Assembly (NCBI RefSeq): GCF_036321535.1
Contig: NC_087437.1
Location: 81,098,001 to 81,162,000, forward strand
Direction of reading: 5' to 3'
DNA: 64,000 nt
Origin: Camelus dromedarius
Lineage: Eukaryota
Part shown: positions 36,126 to 49,252 of the stretch, piece by piece
How the letters are laid out: each line of letters starts with the position of its first letter
Position numbering within the stretch: position 1 is the first letter of the stretch
The notes under the pieces: model-generated
The model's database searches: none
What the model was told of the DNA's origin: nothing
The model's input: only the letters and a program-made list of their open reading frames with translations
Program-made: the position numbers and the translations under genes

Positions 36126-39100
36126 GAGATTCTATAATGATTTAAGAAAAAAAAAAAACCTACTTTCCCTACAGACTTGTCAATAGATGCAAAAGATTCC
36201 ACATGTATTGTTAATCCTAATACCCATTATTGTTGTTGTTATATGATTCTAATTAGAAGATGTCTGGGAAAAGAAAAAAATTCTAAATTATCAAAATAAT
36301 GGAAGATTCAAACAGAGAACATCTAATTTGAAACCTTATGAAGAACAGAAATACATAGGTCAAACATCTAACATGGTTTCCAATAAGTTGTTAAACGTAA
36401 TGGAAATCTTACCGAATCTTTTATGGGGGAGGTCACAGAGTGAACACCTTGCAGAGGGAAACTGGATCAGCAGTGTCATTCATGAAGTTCATTTTTGTTT
36501 TTCAAAAAGTCCACTCATCCTCAAGGAAGGAGAACCTCTAGGGCCAGTTCTGTTCCCTGTCCCACTCAGATGATGCTCAGGTGACACTCATCTGTAACAT
36601 GCACTGAGCATAGTGCTTTTGTCAGGAGCTTGTTCCTTTCTTGAGCTGAATTTATTATTTTCTTGGGCAGACAGCAAGCCCTTTGAGCTAGAAATATGCG
36701 GCAGGGATTCTCAGCATCCAACCGCCACCTCTTTCTGCCTGATGACACGTGTGTTGATGGCTCTCTGTGTGGCTGTCGAGAGCCTTTGCTGAGTTGATGA
36801 GGCGAGACAGGTCCTGGTTTCCCTGCCCTCTCCCTTGCCAGCCAAACTGTATGATTCTGTGGGGGAAAAAAAGTTAAAAAATGAAAAGAATTACAAATGC
36901 ATTTTACTTTTGCCCCAGGCTTGGTGAATGCTTGCTGTTTCTGATAATAATGAGAGTTGCTGGCAGGTGTTTCCACGCATGTTTTTGTGTATTGTGGATT
37001 TATATGACGATTTATCTGGCACTTTCATGGGGGCCCAGAATTGTGGAGGAAAAGGGTTTCATCCCTTAAGTACTAATGCAGCTTAATATCTTGCCCCCTA
37101 AAAGGATAAAAGTTTCATGCTGAATTTGTGCTGATTATTTACTAAGACTGTCTACGTGTAATATAAAGGCCTGTGGAACTGTTTAGATCTTGTTTTATCT
37201 CCTATCACATGTTTTTGATGGGAGTGGCTGACAAAGTGATTCTGTACCACAGTCAGTTTCTTACTGCTTCATTTATTTCATTGCAAAATTTCATATTTCA
37301 ATTATAGCAGCGAAGGAGAGAGGAGAAGAATAAGAAATGAAGAGAGGCTCCCAGGGAACAGTCATTCTAAAAATAAATGTAATGAAGGGAATTTAGGGAA
37401 AGCGTGTAAGTGAACATGATCCTGAAATTGATTAGAAGTGATTCTGTGACTAATGGCTAGCCAGTGAAATTCTATCCAAGGGGCAATTCCAAGATTTCAT
37501 AAATCCCAACCCTCTTCAGCCTTTTTATGGTTTGGCCAAAAAATCAGAATTGTTGCCTTTTTGGCCTGAAGTTAGAGCTTCCTGTTTGTACTGTTGATTC
37601 CAAGTTTTGGTTTATTATGCCATGTTAGAAAATAACAGTAAGTCTTGCAAATGACCATTGAATTATTTCTAAAAGGCAGATGTCTCATGTATATTTGTAA
37701 ATGCCGTGTTTGAGAGGAAAGTATTCTGATAAAAACCAGAAATGCACTGCCTAGGATCGCTGTGCCTGGGCCTTTGTTAGACAAATTAGTGTTTGGGAAG
37801 GAGAAAGGTTCTCGTCCTCCTAAGAACTAATCCTCAGTCTCGCTCCAGCGTATCTGTCTAATGTCATCATGACAGAAAGAATCAATGCCCTTAATTTCAG
37901 GTCCTTTCCAACTCTGAGATTCCATGTAACTATGAACATGAACCTTCCATTTCAACCACACTGGCCTATTTGCTTTCTGTCACTGTGTGCAGGGTTTAGA
38001 GTCTGACATGAGATTCTGCTTCTACCATTTTCTGCCTGAAATGCTATTCCAAGTCCTGCTTGTCATTTGGCTCTTATTTTCAAAGCTCAGCTGAAGTCCC
38101 ACCTTCCCCATGAACTTTTCCCTGGAGAGGAATCTTATACCCTCTAAATCCAATAAATGTCAAACATGACTTTATATAACAATAGTCTCTCCAACTGTCT
38201 GGTAGCCTCCTCCACGGGGAAAAGTGGTATTACCTGCTCTGAGAAGAATTCCTCAAAAAACTCCTTTCTTCCTTTGCACATGTAACTTTCTGGGTGTAAG
38301 CCTTACCAGGTGTTAGAGTTAACACCGAGGAATCAGTATCCCTCATCACTGTGGAGCAAAGGTGGGGAGCGTCTTACTCATTTTTGCATGTGCACTAATC
38401 CTCCTGTGCCTGAAACTTTATTTTATAATAGTCTGTTTTTTCCCATTTATGAGGACAGCCTTATTCTGACCTTTATGCCGTGAACATTCTGGAGTTTTCT
38501 ACTGTTTTGGTGCTAGAGGTGGAAGGGGGAAGAGGTAACATAACAAAGCAGGATTGTGTGATTATTAATCTGGAAATATTAAGAGGGATAGTGATTGGGG
38601 AAGTGATGAGTTTGGTGATTATAAAAATGGGTGAGATCGAATGGGTCTTTTCGGGCTAAGACTATGGGTATTATGCAGGGTCAGAAGACACAACGGCTTC
38701 GTTACCCAAAGGGGGATGAGGTCACCTTACACAGGGTTCGGAAGAAGTATGTATTTGAAGGGTGAAAAACAAAAAACAACCAAAGACAACATCAAGGAAG
38801 CAGGATGAGGTTTTAAAAGCTGGAAATGGAAAGAGAGAAACAGAAAAAAATTAGAGCAAAAAAGCAGCTCAGGGGAACTAAGTGGTATTTTGTAGAAATA
38901 AAAGGACAGATAATATGGAAATTCTTCTTGACTGTGTACAGGAGAAACTGGTAATTCAAGGTTGAGATGGTGTTGTCTTTATATCCCCAGTGTGTGGTGT
39001 AGCACCCTCTTCATGGGCAGCACCCTAAAAATAATTTTTTTTGAGATGAATTGAACTGGGAGAGGGGCAATTTTTACCAAAACTTAAGGAATTCATTTGG

Positions 39101-40162
39101 AGACCAGAGATAAAAATGCCTTTTCCTCTCAGAGATCAGAATTCCAATAGGAAGAGCTGGGATTTTATTCAATAGTATACAGATGGGGTAAGTTAGAAAT
39201 AATAAGCAATGATCTTATTTTAAAAAGGCTAGGAAAGAGGGTGAGTATGAATTGCTGGGAAACACTGATTCACTGACAACCTGTTTCAAGTGATTTAAAT
39301 GGTGTCACACCATAATCTCTATCTGGTTTGTCCTTAAGAGTCTCTTTCATTATAATAAAAGTATTATGTTCTGAATGTCCTGGACCAAAGTGGGCAAGAT
39401 TTAGTAGGGAGAAAAAAAGAGGGAATGTCATGTTTTTCCTCCAGTTTAGCTTTTCAGGAGAGAACCACTGCTCCAAAATCCCCGGTTGATAGTGAAGTCA
39501 AGTCGTAGGCATCTTTGCATTTAGATTTCTCCAGGTTGGATGCCAGCTTTATCGTGTGGTATGAAAGATGACTCTGGAAGGGTGACTTGGGTGCCTAGGA
39601 CTGTGGCAGAAGTAGGCAAGGCAGAGCAGAAAATTGGATTTTGTGGAAGATTGGGATGGTTAGGATTTGGTGTCATCTGTGACAGCATCAGTAGTTCAGT
39701 AAGTTGGGAGGACTGGAGCTGAGAGACTATTCAGAACTAGAGGTGCAGATTTCAGAGTAAGCCCAGCGACTTGGTAGTTAACAGCTAAGCTATTCCTGAA
39801 GCCAGAGTGTAAAAAGAGTTCTCTGAAGGAGCAAGAGACTGAATCTTAATGACTTGCCAAGTTATGAGGGCCAGAGGAGGAAGGAAAGAAAGGGAGAGAC
39901 GGAAAAGTGTTCTTAGAAAAATGAGCTCTAGGATACCATTGTGTCGGAGTAAACTCAAGGTGGGTACGGGGGTGGGTGGCTGGGTGCATGCATGTGTGGG
40001 TGCACATGTGAAAGTACATATATTAAAGTGATCAAAGGTGTTATGTTGTAGAGAAGTTGTGGAGAATGGGAAGTTAAATGCCTGAGGCATTTGGAATTCT
40101 CCAATCTGCACCAGACGTTTCTCACACATTTCTAGAGTCATTAAAACCATTGAAATTGTTCC

Positions 40163-40331
40163 CTTTTTTTAAACTTATATTTCTTCATTCACCGTTTCTT
40201 TTTTAAATTTTTAAAAATGTTTTGTTGGTGGGGATATAATTAGGTTTATTTCTTTATTTTCAGTGGGGATACTGGAGATTGAACCCAGGACCTCATGCAT
40301 GCTAGGAATGCACTGAGCTACACCCTCCCCC
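40163..40331 (-). mobile_element. tRNA-Ala-derived camelid-type SINE with extended tail and TSD
   Basis: Head GGGGGAGGGTGTAGCTCAGTG...GGTTCAATCTCCAG; flanks ttgaaattgttcc (40150-40162) and ttgaaactgtttc (40332-40344). Confidence 0.88.
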
Positions 40332-40753
40332 TTGAAACTGTTTCAATGCTAGTGTGGGAAACAGAGTTTCAGCTGCCCTCCCACGAACACTCTATATATG
40401 TAAATGTTAAGAATCAGTCCACCACTGCTCATTAGAGGGGACAGAGGTGTACCTCTTGCATCTACAGATGAAACTGAGTGTGTTGGGTTCAGTGTCATGG
40501 CCCCAGGCCGTGTTGTCCCAGCTCCATGAAGCTGGACATCATGATACTGTGAATGCCTGGTATGAGATGCCTGGAATGGGCTGGACACCACAGAAATTAA
40601 GTACATGCAGTTTTTGATGTCTAGACTCCTTAGAAAACTACCCAGTCAGAAGAAAGGTTTCCATGTGGGAATGATATAAAATGGTGTCAGATTTTATGAT
40701 CTACTAATTTTAAATTAAAGAGTGGATGGAAAGACTGTTGAGCAAGAGATTTT

Positions 40754-41368
40754 TTTTTCTATTTTATTTTATTTTTAAAATTTTTAACTCTGATTTTTTT
40801 CATTGAAATGTAGTTGATTTACAATGTTATTTTCATATGAACAGCAAAGCGATTCAATTACACATATGCATACATACATACATATTTTTTCAGTTTCTTT
40901 TCCATTACAGCACATCACAAGAAATTAAATATAGTTCTCTGTGCTATACAGTAAGTCCTTGTTGTTTATCTATTTTATATATAGTAATGTGTATCTGTTA
41001 ATCCCATATTCCTAATCTATATACCCCCTCCTTTCCCCTTGATAATAACAGTTTGTTTTCTATGTCTGTGAGTCTATTTCTGGTTTATAAATAAAATTTG
41101 TATTTTTTTAAGATTCCACATATAAACAACATCATATGATATTTGTCTTTCTCTGTCTGCATTACTTCACTTAATATAATAACCTCTAGTTCATCCATGT
41201 TGCTGCAAATGGCATTATTTTATTCTTTTTTATGGCTGAATAATATTCCACTGTATAAATATACCACAACTTCTTTATCCATTCATCTGTCGATGGACTT
41301 TTAGGTTGCTTCCATGTCTTGGCTATTGTAAACAGTGCTGCTGTGAACACTGGGGTACATATGAACAA
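40754..41368 (-). mobile_element. L1 3' end (~0.6 kb) with 11-bp TSD
   Basis: TSD caagagatttt at 40743-40753 and 41369-41379; ORF2 C-terminal [16 protein letters not shown]...[10 protein letters not shown]. Confidence 0.94.
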
Positions 41369-41944
41369 CAAGAGATTTTGACAGCACATGCCTTATACAA
41401 TATCTTGTAGGGTGGAGTATCACAGATATCAACACCCACTCATCTTTACTGTTCTTCAGTTTGAAATTCCTTTCCTCCTGTTCTCTGGACAAGTCCTTCT
41501 TGACATTTCAAGACCCGGCTCTGTTGCTGCTTCTTCTATAGGGCACCATTCCTGACCCACTCACTCCTAATTAGTCAGTGTTCTTTTGAATTACCTCAGC
41601 TTGAGTCTTACTCCTTTATGTTTATGTAGAAGTTATTGTGTGTTTTGGTAACTCTTACAAGTCTATATCCTCTAATATAATCCATTTCCTTGTTTCTTTA
41701 AACAAACAATCCATTTGTTTATCTTAGCATTCCTATTTAGTTAAAGTGTTGTATGTGTTTGTTCATTCATTTGAAAAATATTTATTGAATATTCTCTTTG
41801 TGCCAAGGACAGTGTCCTTGTTAGCTTACAATCACATATATGCCACATCTTTATTTATAGAATGAATATTTGGTTGAAATTCAAGAAACTTGAAAAATTC
41901 AAAGTACATCCAAATTGAAAGAACCCAGTAATAACATCTCATTG

Positions 41945-42175
41945 ATGACAATTATTACTGAGTTGTACTGTTTAGAAACTGCTTTTCACAAACTATTTCA
42001 CTGAATCCTACCAGCAACTCTGAGAGGGTAGATATGTATGATTATCCTATTTTATAGGGAAGAATGTGACATTCAGACATTAATTATTCATATAAAAAGG
42101 GCGATTATGGATTTAACTTGGGACTTGAACACAGGTTTTCTGGCTCCAAACCTCGTGTTTTCCCACTATTCAGGC
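41945..42175 (-). mobile_element. MIR SINE
   Basis: tttcactgaatcctaccagcaactctgagagggtag...attatcctattttataggg. Confidence 0.7.
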
Positions 42176-45104
42176 CTCCTTCCCTAAAGCACCACACCTT
42201 ATAGGACCTGGCAAAGAATTTCAAGGACATGGAAATATTAGTGCTTACATAGTCAAAAATGTTAGCAATAATCTCACAAACAATACAGTGAGTTTATCCA
42301 GTTGTCATATCGATTCACTATGACAGCTCTCAAATGTAATGAAAAACTAGGCTCAAACTAATTGTAAAAACTTTTTTAGATCAAGCTCTCCTGTATATTG
42401 AAATTACTGAGATGATTGTTAAACTCTGATAACTCCCTGAGGTGATGTGGTATCAGTTTATCTACTGTCAAAGAAAGATCCCTATGAATTGGTTAAAAGA
42501 TAGCATAGTCATTAAAAATCAGAATGCAGAAGTGTATTTATGTTAATGAAAGTACAGGTTATAAAATGGCACTTAGAATATAACCTTATTTTTGCATACT
42601 GTCGTACATCATACCTGGGAAAAATATCTGGAAGGGCATTTTCTTTACTGAAGACCTCTCTGCCTGTTAAGTAATGAGTAATTAAAAAAAATTTATCTCT
42701 TTTGCAACACTTCTGCAAAATGTTAATTTTTTAATTTTCATCTTTTTCATTAAAATAAGTGGGTATTATTTGTATTGTTTTCAAGTTAAAAAGTGAATGC
42801 AGGAATTATTACTGGAGTGGGGTGGAAACAGAGATGCAAACGTTCCAGGAGGAAGAATAGGAAACGTGGTACCAGCCTGGGGTGGACAGTGCAATAGAGG
42901 GGTGATGTGGGAAAGACAGAATTACATTAAACGATCAGCAGCTGAACTCCCCATCTCTCCCTGCCAATAGTCAATTAGAGTCGGTTGCTTTATTTTCATT
43001 TAGTTTTTGGCTAAAGAATAGAATTAATAACAATCAATTTTTTTAAAAAAAGAAGTAAGACTTTATTTCCTTGTTTCACAAACAAAACTGCCTGCATTGG
43101 TCTCAATAACACATCTAATATTTGCTGGAGGGACCTGTATTTATTGAATTCTGTTTAAACTGTAATCTAGTTGTAAAATATCTTTGGTATTTTTTAATTA
43201 AAAAATAGCATATTTTTCCTGATCAAATCAAATCTTGCTGTTTTTCACTAAGGCATGTGAGGGAAAGTTTCTACCATGTGGATATATTTATATACCTGTG
43301 TAATATTTACACTTTGTATTAGTCATTTCTCAGAAATATGTGTGTGTATGTGAAGCTTAGTGGGAGAAAATAATTAAGGTTTGCTTTGAATACACTGATA
43401 GATCTTTTAAGGTGGCCCAAAGGGTCCCCATCTGCCCTCTGATGCTTCATTGCATCCCTTTGCCCCATCACCTCCCAGCCACACTGACCTTCCTTAGGGT
43501 CTCTAATGCATCAATTACTTCTGCCCTCAGCACCTCTGCTCCTGCGCTTCTGACTGTGTGAGAATGCTGTTCCCACCCTCTGTCCTCACTTCGTGTGCAC
43601 ACTGATACTTTGGTTGATTCCTGCTCATCCTTTGGACTTGTTGCCTCCTTGGGTCGTAGCAATTTGGGAGCTATGGAAGGTCCAGGCATCTCGGCAGCGA
43701 ACCCTGGGTTTTCACTCTAGTCTTCCCTTGTGTCAGTTTCCTGCTACCAGTAAGCTGTCTTGCCCCATAGTCTTTATCTTTTTCTCAGCTTTGTAGTTTC
43801 TGTTACCCACCAGTTTACTATCTCAACTTCAACTTACTTTGGTCCCTCATTATGTCCCCTGGCCTCTCTTCTTCTGCTTCCCTTACAACTTAAGTTAATT
43901 CATCCCACACCAGGCAATGGTGTGACCATGATGACTAGAATTATTCACATCTTCAGTATTTAAAGAGTAACCTCCCATGAATAATATTTGGAATACTCAA
44001 AGGGCAAACTCATTTCTTCATTTTGTAGTTTAGAATTTGGAATAGAGAGGGGACAATTCACCTCGGCTCCTAAGTTATAAATAACAAGGAAAAGAAAAAA
44101 AAAAAACAAAACCCTAATTTTGTCACATAAAAAAAGAGTTATGAGGAAGGCTTCTTTCCTATTTCTGCAATTTTAAGTCAAGAAGATTTTTTCCCCCTGA
44201 ATAGTTTATTTGGGTAGATTTTCCTAACATTTTATAAATGTTATAAAATTCTATTTTACATACCTAGTCTTAAGCTTGAGTCACATCCACCATACAGGCT
44301 TGGAAATTTTAATAATGTCAGATCACTAAGCAATGATACCAAGCCATCTTGGCTTTTTTCCCCTCACCTAGAAAAGTTCAAGTGCTATATTAGTCACAAA
44401 ACGTCAGAGAAGTTAATAATGAGATATATATACATAAGAGATATGACCAGAAATTTCAGTATCCTTTCCATATTGAAAAACATTTTAGGCATTCAAAAAT
44501 GTCTAATTCTGTTTGAATTTTAGTTCATTGAGAAAGAAGCAATGACAAATATTATTAAAATAGCAATAAATCCCAAGTCACCATAGATAGCTATTTATTT
44601 ACATAGTCAGAAGAACCTAAGTCATTTGGTTCACAGGGCGAAAGTTTGTATCAAATTTCACTTTAATTTTAGGTGTAAATAATAGTAAAATTAACCCTTC
44701 CAGAAGTGGTTAATTCTCTGGTGAACAAATATTCACAGAATTAGTATAGTCTAAAATATTCTTAAACCTGGAATGACTAGAGATTGAGCAGACATCTGGG
44801 TAATTTACCCTGCATAGTAATCATCGCTAAGAATATCAATGACCATTGTACTGCTCTGCAGAAAGCTTATTTCTTGCTTTACGGATAAATTGGAGTTACA
44901 CTATTTTAAAAAAATTATTGTAACATGATGAGCGGTCTTGTCCTCATTAATGACTAAGGAGAAATCCCAGAGTTTAAAATTATTAATTTTGTTATGCAAC
45001 ATATGTTTATTTAGTGGTAGTGATAAAATAATATAGCTCATTTTTTGGATGTTCACAATCTAGTGTCCTCAAGCAAGAGTAATATTCATTATCTTAAAAA
45101 TTAA

Positions 45105-45381
45105 TATAATAACAAAGAAAGAGATTCACCAATATAGAGAACAAACTAGTGGTTACCAGTGGGGAGAGGGAGGAGGGAAGGGCAATGTAGGGGTAGTGGA
45201 TTAAGAGGTACAAACTATTATGTATAGGAGAAGCTACAGGGATATATTGTACAACATGGGGAATGCAGCCAATATTTTATAATAACTATAAATGGAGCAT
45301 ACACTTTAAAAATTATAAATCACTATGTTGTACACCTGTAACTTATTTAATGTACATCAACTATATTTCAGTTAAAAAAAA
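45105..45381 (+). mobile_element. L1 3'UTR with A tail (older laurasiatherian/cetartiodactyl type)
   Basis: agagaacaaactagtggttaccagtggggagaggg...cactatgttgtacacctg...caactatatttcagtt(A)n. Confidence 0.9.
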
Positions 45382-45389
45382 CTTTAAAA

Positions 45390-45950
45390 AAATGGAAAAG
45401 TTTGTCAGTCTGTTAAAAAGTTAAACATCAAAGTTACCATGTTGCCCAGCTATTTTCTACATAGTTATTTCCCAAGAAAAATAAAAACATATGTCCACAC
45501 AAAGACTTGTAGCCTTATTCATAGTGGCAGCATTATTCCTAGTAACCCAACCTGGAAACAATTCAAATATCCATCAACTGAAGAAATGGATAAACAAATG
45601 TGATCCATAAAATGAAATGCTACCAGCAATTAAAAGGAATGAACAATACAACATGGATGGATGCATCTCATAAACATTATGCTAAGTGAAAGAAGCCAGA
45701 CAAAAGATTACAAAGGATTGCATTTATATTAAATTACCAGAAAAGCAAAAAGCAGGCCAGTGGTTGGGTGCAGCTAAGGATGGGAGAAGTTATTGACTAT
45801 AATGGATACAGGGAAATGTTTTAGAGTGATGAAAATTGTGGGGGACTCAAATTCTAGAAGATTGCCAAATATAGTATACATTTAAACTGTATACTTACAG
45901 TAGGTGAATTTTATGGTGTGTGATTACGCCTCATAAAAGCTCTTAAAAAT
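45390..45950 (+). mobile_element. Old L1M (L1MB/L1ME-like) 3' region
   Basis: aaaacatatgtccacacaaagacttgta...aacattatgctaagtgaaagaagccagac...ggtgaattttatggtgtg. Confidence 0.85.
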
Positions 45951-47549
45951 TATATGCAATGGTAACACACATTCTTTCCATATGCCTATGAGAATATCTA
46001 CCCTCTATTTCAAATTTGAGGTACATTTTGGAAGTCATGTGAAAAATAAATATTATCTGGAAATTATTAGGATAGTGTTTTTATACACAAGTTGATTTTC
46101 TGAATTATTTTCCTGCATTTTAATAGGAAGAGTATTTTGTCTAGATGAGATATTAGAGACATCCTTGAATGTGAGACTGAGAATGAATTTGACTTCTCCA
46201 GTTCATTCTACAGAGGAGGAAAATGAGCCTTGGAGAAGAAGGTGACCTAGGTCAAACACAGAAAGGCAGCGTTGATACCAGAACCCCTTCAGTTTCTTCC
46301 ACAACATATTGAAGTGTGATGCCCCACTATGGGGTTGTTAGCAGGCTGTCCTTCCTAGAGCCTCCTCAGTCTCACGGCCCCCACCTTAAGACATGATGCC
46401 ACCTGATCGCACCCTCATGATGCTTTAGTCATTTTCCTCTAGCCCATGGAAGGCTTTCAATGCCGTGAGATCTTAAAATAAGCAGCTGCGTATCATCAGC
46501 ACGGGGTATTTATTAACTGGACAAATTACAAACAGTTCCTGAAGATTCCAAGTGTCTAAACAGTGATGGCGGATGAAACAGTTTGTCCCAGCTCCATCTC
46601 GTGTTTTTATTTGTAGGACTTAGCATAAATGAATGGATGCCAGAAAGATGTCAGAAAGTTTTGTTACTGTTCAATGGCTTCTTACAAGATGGCAAATTTT
46701 TCATTTTTACAAAAAGTGTCACTAATCTGCTCCATCAAGCAATGTTTCAACAAGAGATACATAATCTTGTATGTGCAGGATTTCTAATACTGCTGCTAGA
46801 AGTTGTGCATTTTCTGCTTTGTTCTAGAAAGAAGCTCTTTGATTAAATTCAACTTCTACTTGGACAGTGGAATTCACGTGTGTCCATATTAGAGTTATTA
46901 AGAGACAAAAAGAATAAGAAATATTGGTCCTGATGGAAAAATTGACCAAACACAATGATATTAATCAGCTTGAATGACAGCTTTTTTGGTTTTTGATACT
47001 TGATCATTTTGAGATTGCAGGATAAGCAGTTTTTTTCCCTTATGACACAGGTTTAAGTTTATCTGGTTTCTTCTTAGTGAAAATCATTCATAGACATAGA
47101 AAGTCAATATTGTTGTCAAAGTGACTCACTTGTACCTGATGTTCCATTTGCTGGGAGTGAGCGGAAAGATTATCAGGGAACTTGAGTATCAGTGACCAGT
47201 TCTTAGCCTTCCAGTGGAGATGAAATCATCACATAGTTCTGTCTGTATTTACCACTGAACATTTATGTAAGTCTTATAATTACGTGTCTTTCGTAAATCA
47301 GAGAGTTTATAGTTTGGTTTACCTGGTAAATAGCATAATGTATATTCTTGGAAAGAAAAAAATATGTGTATATCTATACACATATGTATGTATATATGTA
47401 CATATATTTATTTTCCTTTGTTCTTAGATAAAATTTTATTAAAGTATAATGAACATTTTTTAAAAAAAATCAGTAAATCAAGATATTGATACCCTGTGAA
47501 GCACCAGAAGATGTAAAAATGTTGGTTTTTATCATTATCTGAATACTAC

Positions 47550-48170
47550 TCAGTGAAAATAACAACAAAAACTATTGATACATGCAACACAACTGATAAA
47601 TCTCCAAAGAATTACATTGAGTGCAAGAAGCCTTACATGAAACAGCACATATTGCATGATTCTATTTAATTGAAGTCTAGAACAGGCAGAACTAATCTAC
47701 AGTGGTAGTAAAGATCAGAACAATGGTTGTTTCTAGGAGGATGGAGTGGGAATGGACTGTCAAAAGATGTGAGGAAACTTTCTGAGTTGACGGTAGTATT
47801 CTAAATCTTGATACAGGTTTGGGTTTATATAGATGGCATTTGAAAAAAATCAGCAATGTATAGTTAAGATTTATGTATTTCATTTATATGTAAATTTTAT
47901 CTCAGAAGAAAAATATAAATATTGAACTCTACTTAATAATATGCATACTGAAGTGTTTAGGAGTGAAGAATACTAAAGTGCAACCTACTTTGAAATTCAT
48001 TGAAAAACTAGATGGATTGATGGATGGATAAAAGGATGGTGAAATGAAAAAATACGCATTAGAACAAATATAGTATAATATTGATCATTGACTCTTAGTG
48101 GTGTCTCTATGTGGGTGCACTGCACAATTCTTACAACTTTTCTTACGTTTGAAATTTTTAATAATAGAAG
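47550..48170 (+). mobile_element. Old L1M (L1MC/L1ME-like) 3'UTR
   Basis: ctattgatacatgcaacac...aacaggcagaactaatctacagtggt...tgcacaattcttacaacttttcttacgtttgaaatttt. Confidence 0.8.
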
Positions 48171-48495
48171 CAAAGATGAGTTAACATTTTAAGCCTCTAA
48201 ATAATGGTTAGATTTAAAGACACATAATTGGTGCTATAAGTCAGAGAAATTTTACTAGCAGTTAAGAACATTTTACTGTTTTCCTAACGTTTAATGTTTT
48301 GTGTCTCCAACAATTATAATTCTAGAAAACTATAATTCAGAGTTCTTTCAAAGATCAAAACCTATGTAAAATTTTCATGACAGGAAATTTAACAGGGCTG
48401 TGGGTGAGGTCCTTTTTCTTTCACACTGTATTGCATATCTGTAAATTGCTTTCAAAAGACATTGGGCCCATTAATTTTCGTTCTGATGCAAAGAG

Positions 48496-48681
48496 TGATG
48501 GTTCTTGAACTTGAGTATGCATTAGAATAACCCAAACAGCTTGTTGAAATACAGGTTACTGCCCTACCCTCAAGTTTCTGAGTCAGGAGGTCTGGAGTGG
48601 GGCCTGAGAATGTGTATTTATAACAAGTTCCCAGGTGATCCCTGATGATGTAATTGGGGGGACCCCTCTTTAAGAACCCTG
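48496..48681. mobile_element. MER5A hAT-Charlie
   Basis: gtttctgagtcaggaggtctggagtggggcctgagaatgtgtatttataacaagttcccaggtgat. Confidence 0.85.
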
Positions 48682-49048
48682 GCATGGAACCTATCTTCCC
48701 TTCTATTAGGAGGGCCTACTGTTACCATTCCTTACTTTAAACAGCAAGACAATGTAAGCAAATCACCTCTAGGATTTTCATGAAAATCAAGCAGAAAAAG
48801 AAAAGAGAAAGGACCTGGATTTTGTTAAATCCCTTAGCCTGTTTGATTTCTTCTTTTTCTTTACATGTATTGAAAAATAATAATTACTAAGAATCTACCA
48901 GTTGTCTAAAGCAGTACGAAAAAGTATTACAAAATAGATTTTTAGATCTACTTTCTTATCTGCATTTGACATAGCCTCATGGCATAAAACCTATTTCTGT
49001 GACTAGTTAAACAAACTTAAAGGGACCCTTTTTTAAATATATCCCTTC

Positions 49049-49252
49049 TTTTTTTTCTTCACATTTAGGGCTGGCCTCATGGATATATATGACTTGCGCA
49101 GTCACACAAGGCCCTCTCTTTATTTTGCTTTATGTTTAAATTGAAGTATAGTCAGTTTACAATGTTGTGTCCATTTCTGGTGTACTGCACAATGCTTCAG
49201 TCATACATATACATACATATGTTCGTTTTCCTTTTCTTTTTCCTTAGAGGTT
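49049..49252 (-). mobile_element. Short L1 3' end plus adjacent MER91A-like fragment (49066-49114), within one TSD pair
   Basis: L1 terminus ttgaagtatagtcagtttacaatgttgtg; tagggctggcctcatgg...tgcgcagtcacacaaggccc resembles one end of MER91A; flanks atatatcccttc (49037-49048) and atatatcctttc (49253-49264). Confidence 0.75.
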
